Below, piece after piece: positions 1 through 6,736 of a stretch of DNA of 35,632 bases (position 1 is its first letter; each line of letters starts with the position of its first letter). The DNA comes from a virus. The notes under the pieces were generated by a model. That model did not search any database. It was not told the DNA's origin and saw only the letters and a program-made list of their open reading frames with translations. Position numbers and translations under genes: made by a program. Where the stretch lies: positions 1-35,632 of the IMG/VR virus record IMGVR_UViG_3300017613_000573. One strand, written 5' to 3'.

Positions 1-121
1 AAGGCAAGGCCCTGGCAGAATTGCCTCAAGAGCTCCAGGGCGCGTTTAAACGCTATGGCATAACGGGCGACGACTGGGAGATTATGCGGGCGACGGATCC
101 ATTAACCCATAAAGGAGTTAA
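1..121. repeat. Terminal overlap copy 1 (identical to 35512-35632); marks circular closure of the assembly
   Basis: Base-by-base comparison: 1-121 (aaggcaaggccctggcag...aaaggagttaa) equals 35512-35632. The repeat lies inside an open reading frame and preserves the frame. Confidence 0.9.
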
Positions 122-914
122 TTTTTTCTCTCCTGAAAAACTAATGGAACGTGCGGACCTGGATGAATCTAAGCGGATAAGCTTGGCGACTAAGCTCCAG
201 GAGATGATTATCACGGAGATGGATTTCGCGGTCCCTATGCCAGACGCCAGGGTGAGAGCAATCACTACCGGCGGCCTACCCAGAGGCTCGATCATGGGCG
301 AGATAACTCGAGGGGTCGGGATGTTTAAATCCTTTCCTATCACGGTTATCGCTACGCACCTATATCGTGGTGCACTCCAGGAGGGGATCAGCGATAAAGC
401 TAAATACTTGGCCGGTATTACAATCGGGACCACGGTAATGGGCCTAGTGGCTATGCAGATGAAAGAAGTATCCAGGGGTAAAGAGCCTCGAGATATGACG
501 GATCCAAAAACCTGGGGCGCGGCATTCCTCCAGGGCGGTGGAGCTGGTATATATGGCGACTTTTTAACCTCGGACGCTAATCGATTCGGGGGTGGTCCTC
601 TGGATACTAGCCTGGGCCCTATGTACGCCTTAGGCGAGGACGCCTTTAAATTAACGCTCGGTAATGTTCAGCAAGGACTAAGGGGCGACGATATGAACCT
701 GGGCGGGGATATCATTAATTTCGCCAGGCAGTACACGCCAGGCGGATCCTTATGGTACACGCGGCTTGCTTATGAAAGAATGGTCCTAGATCAATTACAA
801 AAAGCAGCGGATCCTAATGCTGGCGCACGATTTAGAAGAATCCAGCAGCGACGAGCAAAAGACTATAATCAATCATATTTTTGGAAGCCAGGCGAAACGG
901 CTCCGGGGAGATAA
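1..914 (+). CDS. 3' part of the wrap-around internal virion (ejection) protein gene; continues from 34023-35632
   Basis: The open frame (codon phase 3, 6, 9...) has no start requirement at the window edge and is in phase with the ORF leaving the right end. TAA stop at 912-914. It lies directly upstream of the tail fibre gene, as T7 gp16-type proteins do. Confidence 0.8.
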   Translation, partial: GKALAELPQELQGAFKRYGITGDDWEIMRATDPLTHKGVNFFSPEKLMERADLDESKRISLATKLQEMIITEMDFAVPMPDARVRAITTGGLPRGSIMGEITRGVGMFKSFPITVIATHLYRGALQEGISDKAKYLAGITIGTTVMGLVAMQMKEVSRGKEPRDMTDPKTWGAAFLQGGGAGIYGDFLTSDANRFGGGPLDTSLGPMYALGEDAFKLTLGNVQQGLRGDDMNLGGDIINFARQYTPGGSLWYTRLAYERMVLDQLQKAADPNAGARFRRIQQRRAKDYNQSYFWKPGETAPGR

Positions 915-916
915 AA

Positions 917-2251
917 ATGGCTTTCGATATTAACGACACTTCACCACGGGACCAATACACGGCCTCAGGTGGTAGTCAGACTGTTTTTACAGTTTCTTTT
1001 GAGTTCCTGGCTAATGCAGATCTAAAGGTCTACCTAACTCCAGTCGGTAACGATCCGGACGATACAGCTGATTTATTGACGTTAACCACGGATTATACGG
1101 TGGTAGGTGCTGGCTCTAATGGCACGAAAGAAATTACCTTGGTTGTGGCCGCGACTGATGGCGACGTTATAACTATTGTTCGTGATGATGCCCTGGATAG
1201 AGATACAGAATTTTTAAGCAATGGTGATTTGACGATCGCCTCGATGAATACCGAGCTTAATAAAATCATTACGCTCATGCAACAGATTGAAATGAACCAG
1301 GAACAGCGGAGCCTTATGTTTATGCGGGCGGCTCAGCTGGCTGGGGTCAGTTTGGCCTTACCGGCTCCGGTAGCGGATAGCGCTCTCGTTTGGAATAGTG
1401 GCGGGACTGCGCTCGAATGTCAGGATGCGGATACATTTTCTGGAGGTATTCAAACAGCTGCAGAAGCAAGCGCGACGGCGGCGGCCAATAGTGCAACGGC
1501 CTCAGCAAACAGCGCGACGGCGGCGGCTAATTCATTTGATGAATTTGACGATATTTATCTCGGTGCAAAAGCGACCGCGCCGGCGCTTGATAATGATGGC
1601 GACGCATTACAGGCAGGGGCTTTATATTTCAATACAACAACAGAGGATCTCTGGTTTTATACTGGTTCAGCCTGGCAGCTATATAACAGCTCAGCGGCTT
1701 CAAGTGCTAACACTGTCAGCATTGCTGATTCTGGTGGTCATTATGCTGGGTCGGATGTAGAGGCCGCATTGCAAGAGCTGAGGCCTTATACATATACCGT
1801 AATTACAGGAAGCGCGGCACAATCGATCTCTATAGGGTCATTAAGTTTAGCAGCCGATAAAGATATAGAGGTAAATTTATCAGTTGTGGGGTTAAGTGCT
1901 GGCGCTATAGCGCTGATTCTTAATGGTGATACCACGCTCACAAATTACGATAGCGCATATTCTACAGACGGCGGGGCAGCAACAAAAGCAAATAATTCAG
2001 CTATTGGTATATCTACGCTAGTTGGTCAATATGCAATAGTAAGAGGCGTCATAAGCCCGAATAGTACCAGCGGTGATACTACTGTAACGCTCAGCATATC
2101 AAACTGGGATACTTCTGCTATGGGGGTTGTAACAACATCAATAAGATACACTGTATCAGATACCATAACCTCTATAGGCTTTGAGGATGCCGCTTTGTCC
2201 GCTACTGTTTTCGGTATTGGATCGAGATTATCAATAAGAGAGCTGAATTAA
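917..2251 (+). CDS. Tail fibre protein with a T7 gp17-like N-terminal adaptor domain and a divergent C-terminal receptor-binding part
   Basis: ATG at 917 follows GGGGAG. The N-terminus (DQYTASGGSQTVFTVSFEF...DLKVYL...TDYTV...ITIVRD...DRDTEF..NGDLTIASMNTELNKI) matches the T7-type tail fibre N-terminal pattern. Its position after the ejection proteins fits. Confidence 0.8.
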   Translation: MAFDINDTSPRDQYTASGGSQTVFTVSFEFLANADLKVYLTPVGNDPDDTADLLTLTTDYTVVGAGSNGTKEITLVVAATDGDVITIVRDDALDRDTEFLSNGDLTIASMNTELNKIITLMQQIEMNQEQRSLMFMRAAQLAGVSLALPAPVADSALVWNSGGTALECQDADTFSGGIQTAAEASATAAANSATASANSATAAANSFDEFDDIYLGAKATAPALDNDGDALQAGALYFNTTTEDLWFYTGSAWQLYNSSAASSANTVSIADSGGHYAGSDVEAALQELRPYTYTVITGSAAQSISIGSLSLAADKDIEVNLSVVGLSAGAIALILNGDTTLTNYDSAYSTDGGAATKANNSAIGISTLVGQYAIVRGVISPNSTSGDTTVTLSISNWDTSAMGVVTTSIRYTVSDTITSIGFEDAALSATVFGIGSRLSIRELN

Positions 2252-2674
2252 ATGAAGGTATCCCCAAATTTTGATATACGTGAATTAGTCCACCCCGATA
2301 TCCATGAGGCTCATGGCGATCGATGCCCGAATTTTATAAGTGCTTTTTTGCCTGTAACTCTGGAATCACTCAAGGAAAATTTAACCGAGGTTGTTACGGT
2401 TAATAACTGGATCTGGGGCGGTAACAGGGACAGCGCTGGATTAAGACCAGACGGGGACCCGGATGGCGCTAAGTTGAGTACGCATAAATTTGGTAATACT
2501 GCAGATCCTAAATTTAAACATCATACAGCTGAGGAGGTTTATTATCATATCCTCAGTAACCCACACAAATATCCCCATATAATCCGCATGGAGCATATAG
2601 ACCACACTCCTACTTGGGTCCATATTGAAGTCGGGCCTCGTCGTTATGGCGATATAATAATTTTTAACCCATAG
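2252..2674 (+). CDS. Endolysin, peptidase M15 (VanY / L-alanyl-D-glutamate peptidase-like zinc peptidase)
   Basis: Zinc-peptidase motifs are present: STHKFGNTAD (SxHxxGxAxD) and a C-terminal H in TWVHIEV. It is 140 aa and adjacent to membrane-protein genes. Confidence 0.8.
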   Translation: MKVSPNFDIRELVHPDIHEAHGDRCPNFISAFLPVTLESLKENLTEVVTVNNWIWGGNRDSAGLRPDGDPDGAKLSTHKFGNTADPKFKHHTAEEVYYHILSNPHKYPHIIRMEHIDHTPTWVHIEVGPRRYGDIIIFNP

Positions 2675-2681
2675 GTGATTT

Positions 2682-3596
2682 ATGAAAAAACTCCTCCTTT
2701 TATTATTTTTAATAGCCTCATTTAGCACTAATGCCAGCAGATTAAACGTATTAGAGCACTACAGTAAAGACGGGCAACCGATAAACGCAGAGTTCCCGCT
2801 TGATGTCGTGTTATCCGGTATAAGCACCTTCAATGGGGCGATAAACATACATGACGCCGATGTTCATTATAGAGCGGTTAATCAGCATGTTCGCCAATAC
2901 ACAGCGACCACAACCACTGTAGACACTGACTCAGCAATAAATGCCACATCGATTATCGTGGCAGATGGGACGAGCTTTTCAGCTGATGATTATATACACA
3001 TAAACACTACCACTATTGAGTCCACGCTCCCTAGAATATTATCCGTAGTGGGAACCACCCCGGCTACGCTAAACCTTGATCGTAGGCTTGATAAAGTTCA
3101 CTTTATTGGCGATGTAGTTACTAAAGTTGTAATTAATTTAGCGTCCCAAGCAGGGACTGTGGCATCACCACAGGAATACGTTGTAGGTCCGCCAGCGGGT
3201 GAAGTCTGGCACATCACTAACCTTACTCTTGCTCTGGGGCATACTACTGCTGGCAACCTTGGTCGATTTGGAAATCTAGGCGCTTTAACTAATGGCGCTC
3301 TTTTAAGAGTTAAAATAAGCGGCCAGTATGGAACTCTTACTAACTGGAAAACTAACGGGGATATTAATGTAGACACTGGGGAGGTTGATTTTCATGCAAG
3401 GTCTGGTGATCCAGGAGATGGCTCTTTCGGTACGTCTGCTAATGGCGCATTTAAAATTAGAACAGGTGCAGTAATGAGACTTGATGGCGATAATGGCGAT
3501 CAGTTTGAAGTGTATATTCAGGATGATTTGACAACGGGCGACCCTGATCTAATCTTTTGGAATATGAAAGTACAGGGCCATATAGAAGGCGAATAG
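2682..3596 (+). CDS. Secreted or envelope-targeted beta-rich protein of unknown function (304 aa)
   Basis: RBS AGGTGA. The N-terminus MKKLLLLLFLIASFSTNA/SR looks like a type I signal peptide. The remainder is Thr/Gly/Asn-rich and has no motif I recognise. Confidence 0.6.
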   Translation: MKKLLLLLFLIASFSTNASRLNVLEHYSKDGQPINAEFPLDVVLSGISTFNGAINIHDADVHYRAVNQHVRQYTATTTTVDTDSAINATSIIVADGTSFSADDYIHINTTTIESTLPRILSVVGTTPATLNLDRRLDKVHFIGDVVTKVVINLASQAGTVASPQEYVVGPPAGEVWHITNLTLALGHTTAGNLGRFGNLGALTNGALLRVKISGQYGTLTNWKTNGDINVDTGEVDFHARSGDPGDGSFGTSANGAFKIRTGAVMRLDGDNGDQFEVYIQDDLTTGDPDLIFWNMKVQGHIEGE

Positions 3597-3623
3597 TTTA
3601 CAATCAATCGTAGAGGGTAAAAA

Positions 3624-3683
3624 ATGTCGGCTAGACCTAAACCACCTAAACCCACGCACCCGCCACAGCGGCCAGGAAAATGA
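3624..3683 (+). CDS. Candidate 19-aa proline-rich cationic micro-ORF (MSARPKPPKPTHPPQRPGK)
   Basis: GAGGG lies 6 nt upstream of the ATG. The TGA stop is 1 nt before the next ATG (3685). It is shorter than the cutoff used for the ORF track. Confidence 0.25.
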   Translation: MSARPKPPKPTHPPQRPGK

Positions 3684-3684
3684 T

Positions 3685-4182
3685 ATGGATATATTAAGCT
3701 ATGAAAACATGATCATTGATTGGCTTTTTGTTGTTGCGGCTGCCCTGGTCGCTCTTTTCTCGAGCAAAGGATGTGCTTATAAACATGCGAATATACTGCT
3801 TGCTTATCAATTTCTTGTTGCCATTGGATTCTCAACAGCCATTATTGCTCTTGATATGTATGACGGGCTCTACTTTGACGCCGTTTTAACCGTCGTTTAT
3901 TTTGCTTATTATCACTATATTGCAAAAACCGGAGACAAATTTTTAAGTAATTTAAGCCTGATCATTGGCGGATATCATTTTGCTTTAACCTTTAGCAGGT
4001 GGATTGGATTAAATACCCAGCAAATTATCGGCATAAGTTATCAAGATACAATGGTCTGGGTTATGACCATACAGCTATTATTAGCATTCAGGGGCGCTCT
4101 ATATGGATTATGTGACTGGCTTAATAATAGGGCTCGGTATGCTCATTGGTGGAATTATCGGGACCTGGGTGGTAATAAATGA
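3685..4182 (+). CDS. Polytopic inner-membrane protein (about 5 predicted TM segments), holin-like or transporter-like, function unknown
   Basis: Successive hydrophobic stretches: WLFVVAAALVALF, LLAYQFLVAIGFSTAIIAL, VLTVVYFAYYHYI, LSLIIGGYHFALTF, VWVMTIQLLLAF. Confidence 0.6.
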   Translation: MDILSYENMIIDWLFVVAAALVALFSSKGCAYKHANILLAYQFLVAIGFSTAIIALDMYDGLYFDAVLTVVYFAYYHYIAKTGDKFLSNLSLIIGGYHFALTFSRWIGLNTQQIIGISYQDTMVWVMTIQLLLAFRGALYGLCDWLNNRARYAHWWNYRDLGGNK

Positions 4183-4442
4183 CCGCAGCTACAACCGACA
4201 GAGAGCGGCTAATAAAAATAGAAGGCGAGCGGGATGCCTACCTCAAGGAGCTAAGGGATATAGAAAAAGACCTGGCTCAGGCAGAAACCGAGAATAGGAT
4301 GCTCAGGCGAGAGGCTAAGCAATTCTCAGCTATTAAAGATCAGCAAGGGAAAGGCCTGGTTACTCATTTAATTGAAATAGTTAAAATGCTTTTTTATGTC
4401 ATATTTGCCTTATTAGGCATTAAATACGGGATAAACAAATGA
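4179..4442 (+). CDS. Coiled-coil protein with a C-terminal TM segment (87 aa)
   Basis: ATGA-type overlap with the upstream stop. The heptad-rich charged N-terminus (ERLIKIEGERDAYLKELRDIEKDLAQAETENRMLRREAK) is followed by the hydrophobic LIEIVKMLFYVIFALLGI. Confidence 0.55.
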   Translation: MTAATTDRERLIKIEGERDAYLKELRDIEKDLAQAETENRMLRREAKQFSAIKDQQGKGLVTHLIEIVKMLFYVIFALLGIKYGINK

Positions 4443-4846
4443 AAAACAAAGACTCTTTAAGGCTTATTAAAATGCTGACAGCTCTTATTTCATTTATTGC
4501 TCTGCTAATGTGGTTTTCTATAGACGAGGCTGAGGCCGGAGACTACAGACACCACGATGATACGGTGATCAATAATTATTATAGTGAAACACTTACAGAA
4601 ACAAGCTACACGAACGACACCGATATAGCGAAAGGCGTGGCGCTGTCTCTGGCCACTAATCACCCGTTTGATTTTGATACAAAGAAGCTGCAGGGCTCCA
4701 TTAATGGCGGCTATTATGATGGCCAGAATGCGCTCAGCTTGGGCCTGGCTAAACGATTTGATAAAACTGACGCCTTACTCCATACCTCCTACGGTCAGAA
4801 CGCTGGTAAGCATGCTGTTACGTTAGGCGCTGTCTGGAGATTCTGA
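4439..4846 (+). CDS. Minimal YadA-anchor-like outer-membrane protein (signal peptide plus trimeric-autotransporter beta-barrel anchor)
   Basis: ATGA overlap at 4439-4442. The N-terminal signal-like segment is LIKMLTALISFIALLMWFSIDEAEA. The C-terminal 70 aa (KGVALSLA...GSINGGYYDGQNALSLGLAKRF...ALLHTSYG...AVTLGAVWRF) follow the four-strand YadA_anchor pattern and end in an aromatic residue. Confidence 0.6.
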   Translation: MKNKDSLRLIKMLTALISFIALLMWFSIDEAEAGDYRHHDDTVINNYYSETLTETSYTNDTDIAKGVALSLATNHPFDFDTKKLQGSINGGYYDGQNALSLGLAKRFDKTDALLHTSYGQNAGKHAVTLGAVWRF

Positions 4847-5121
4847 TGAGTGAGAGAACTTTCGGGCAAAAAGTAGGGCAATGGCTATCAAATTTAACTG
4901 TAATGATACCTTTATTGTCTACGCTCGGACTCAGTTCAATATACGGAAACTCTGATACAGTAAAAAGATTGGTAAATGATTTTCTATTCACAGCGGATGG
5001 AACGCCAATTGTTACTCCTGATAATCGAGATAAAGTATTAACAGATTTGATTGAAGCGAACAAAAAGCGAGACATTAAAATAAACAAGTTAGAAAACGAC
5101 ATTAAAGAATGGCACGAATAG
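4846..5121 (+). CDS. Type II (N-terminal TM) membrane protein with a C-terminal coiled coil; i-spanin-like architecture
   Basis: TGATG overlap with the upstream stop. The TM segment is LSNLTVMIPLLSTLGLSSIY. The C-terminus (LTDLIEANKKRDIKINKLENDIKEW) is helical and charged. Confidence 0.5.
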   Translation: MSERTFGQKVGQWLSNLTVMIPLLSTLGLSSIYGNSDTVKRLVNDFLFTADGTPIVTPDNRDKVLTDLIEANKKRDIKINKLENDIKEWHE

Positions 5122-5130
5122 GGGAATAAT

Positions 5131-5523
5131 ATGATTGGATTTTTTAAAGGTTTATTTTCGTCTGACGTGGTAGGTTCAATTGAGCGTATCGCAAGTGAAG
5201 CGATAGAGACTGATATGGAGTCGGCTGAAGCTAAGTCTCTATTTATTAAGACGCTTGATCCTAACGGGATGATGAGGCGAGAATTATCAAGATTCGCCTG
5301 TGTAATTTATGGCTTCTATTTGGCATCAACCACTATTTTAATATTCATTCATGCGTTTAGTAGCGACCCTACTGCTTTAGGTGAGGCCCAGGTTATTGTG
5401 TCTCAATCAAAACAGGCTATTGAGGCAATGACTGGCTTGTTCTTGCCTATTACAACAGCCTGGGGCTCAATTGTGACCGCTTCTTTTGGCGTGAACGGCC
5501 TAAACGCTCATAAAGGAAAGTAA
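5131..5523 (+). CDS. Holin-like membrane protein (resembles the 3-TM GTA/phage holin family)
   Basis: RBS GGGGA. An amphipathic N-terminus (MIGFFKGLFSSDVVGSIERIASEAIE) is followed by TM segments (FACVIYGFYLASTTILIFIHAF, GLFLPITTAWGSIVTASFGV). It is the last gene of the rightward arm. Confidence 0.5.
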   Translation: MIGFFKGLFSSDVVGSIERIASEAIETDMESAEAKSLFIKTLDPNGMMRRELSRFACVIYGFYLASTTILIFIHAFSSDPTALGEAQVIVSQSKQAIEAMTGLFLPITTAWGSIVTASFGVNGLNAHKGK

Positions 5524-5533
5524 GGTATTAATA

Positions 5534-5632
5534 TTAGAAAAAGCTAATCAACCAGGTTAATAAATGGCCTATAACTCCAGCGCATATTAAAAAATAAATG
5601 CCTAGAGCGGCCATAATAACCTCGCCCCTCAT
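5534..5632 (-). CDS. Candidate 32-aa hydrophobic peptide (MRGEVIMAALGIYFLICAGVIGHLLTWLISFF)
   Basis: Its ATG shares one base with the upstream TAA (TAATG junction). It is a single TM-like segment and is not in the ORF track because of its length. Confidence 0.3.
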   Translation of the reverse strand: MRGEVIMAALGIYFLICAGVIGHLLTWLISFF

Positions 5633-5781
5633 TAAGCTAACAGGTAGACGCAATAAATAACGCCCGCGGTAGCGATCATATAATAAAGAAGTTTAACGGT
5701 GTCTCGATATTCAAGATCCTTGATATTCTCCTGATCAACTGGATCCCGCTCGGCGTAGTCTTTTGGCTGTTCGTTTATCAT
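5632..5781 (-). CDS. Candidate 49-aa tail-anchored membrane peptide
   Basis: ATGA overlap with the stop of 5778-6152. The acidic N-terminus is followed by the hydrophobic LLYYMIATAGVIYCVYLLA. Confidence 0.4.
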   Translation of the reverse strand: MINEQPKDYAERDPVDQENIKDLEYRDTVKLLYYMIATAGVIYCVYLLA

Positions 5782-6152
5782 CTGTAATTCCTATCCTCTT
5801 TTGGTAGTGGTAATAGAGCCTTAACAGGTGGTATATACTCGTAATCTATACCCTGTATGGGCTCGCGCTCGATTTCTTTCGTTATTTCTGGCGGCTGTTT
5901 ATAGCCTGGCACTTTGGAAACGGTGTAAGTTTTATCCATGGCGTACCTCAAAGGCATGGCCCCTAGCCTATACCTCAAGCTGGATCTGGAGCAACCCATA
6001 GCCCTGGCCCAGTCAACCAGCTCGCGCTCTATACCTTGCCAGATAATGATCGTTTTAGACTTACCTCCGACTTTGCCGGGAAATTTAACGCAATCCCCTG
6101 GCATAGGCTCGAGGCCTGGCTTTATTGCTTCTAGTAATTTAACTCTAGTCAT
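5778..6152 (-). CDS. Hypothetical protein, possible HTH DNA-binding protein (124 aa)
   Basis: ATG at 6152 is preceded by GGGGA. The segment LVDWARAMGCSRSSLRYRL resembles an HTH. The family was not recognised. Confidence 0.6.
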   Translation of the reverse strand: MTRVKLLEAIKPGLEPMPGDCVKFPGKVGGKSKTIIIWQGIERELVDWARAMGCSRSSLRYRLGAMPLRYAMDKTYTVSKVPGYKQPPEITKEIEREPIQGIDYEYIPPVKALLPLPKEDRNYR

Positions 6153-6327
6153 AATTTTCCCCAAAACTGAAAAGCGTATAAGGGACTAAGCCGGGCTTAT
6201 CCCATCTCTTTGAAATAGGAAACCATAATAAAACTGAGTTGCCTACCTTGTAATACAGTATTGTTTTATCGGGTAGTAAAGCCCAGTGCGTTGCCCCATC
6301 AGGCATATAGATATGTTTATTAGCCAT
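6145..6327 (-). CDS. Hypothetical protein (60 aa)
   Basis: ATG at 6327 lies in an 8-nt ATGGCTAA overlap with the upstream stop. There is no recognisable motif. Confidence 0.5.
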   Translation of the reverse strand: MANKHIYMPDGATHWALLPDKTILYYKVGNSVLLWFPISKRWDKPGLVPYTLFSFGENYD

Positions 6328-6736
6328 AATCAATAACCCTCATAAGTTCGCTTTCTGTGATACCATTACCTAGCTCTTTTAAAAACACATTGATGGCGGT
6401 ATCAAATAATGCTTTAAATTCATCCTCATCCATGCTCTCGAATGATATCGACTTGGCCGCGAATATTGTGGATCCGCTGGGTGTAACAATCGTGTCGAAA
6501 TATCCGGCCTTCATGGTTATCCACTTCCGATATATCTCCATGATCTCAAAATGCTCCTGCATATCGAAGGTGGTTTTAATAAAGCTAAAGAATCGTTTAT
6601 GGTTTTCGTAGTTCCTGGCGATCTTAATCTCAGCTGAGATAATGGTCCCAGGCTTACGACGCTGGACATAGAGCCTTGTCTCCTCGTTATTAGGATAAAA
6701 AGCTCCGTTTCTGGATTTGATAAAAAAAGCTTTCAC
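6320..6736 (-). CDS. DUF1367-like phage protein
   Basis: GTG start directly after the upstream TAA. The pattern (NYENHKRFFSFIKTTFDMQ...KSISFESMDEDEFKALF) recalls the lambdoid DUF1367 family. Confidence 0.55.
   Translation of the reverse strand: MKAFFIKSRNGAFYPNNEETRLYVQRRKPGTIISAEIKIARNYENHKRFFSFIKTTFDMQEHFEIMEIYRKWITMKAGYFDTIVTPSGSTIFAAKSISFESMDEDEFKALFDTAINVFLKELGNGITESELMRVIDYG

Noticed and set aside
1-121. Possible T7-style physical direct terminal repeat (121 bp at both ends).
   Set aside because: The repeat lies inside a long ORF and keeps it in frame across the junction. T7-type terminal repeats are non-coding. It is more simply explained as an assembler overlap from a circular or permuted genome. 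Only read-terminus analysis can settle this.
53-433. Antisense or alternate-frame ORFs from the six-frame track that lie inside long genes. Examples: 53-433(-), 1093-1278(-), 1398-1760(+), 3098-3376(-), 18071-18313(+), 19884-20168(-), 20247-20832(-), 21462-21877(-), 29582-29851(-), 32023-33031(-), 33086-33948(-), 34188-34913(-).
   Set aside because: Each is fully embedded in a better-supported gene with recognisable motifs. They lack an RBS, have skewed Arg/Ser/Leu-rich composition typical of out-of-frame translation, and would break the strict operon polarity.
1465-1535. Repeats in the tail-fibre gene as a possible diversity-generating retroelement (BPP-1-like phages carry DGRs).
   Set aside because: There is no reverse transcriptase ORF and no template/variable repeat pair with adenine-specific differences anywhere in the window. 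The repeat is a short in-frame low-complexity duplication.
4842-4849. CUGAUGAG string (also UGAUGAG at 23623 and 22388) as a hammerhead ribozyme core.
   Set aside because: No matching CGAAA element or flanking helices could be drawn. The string arises from overlapping stop and start codons (TGATGA).
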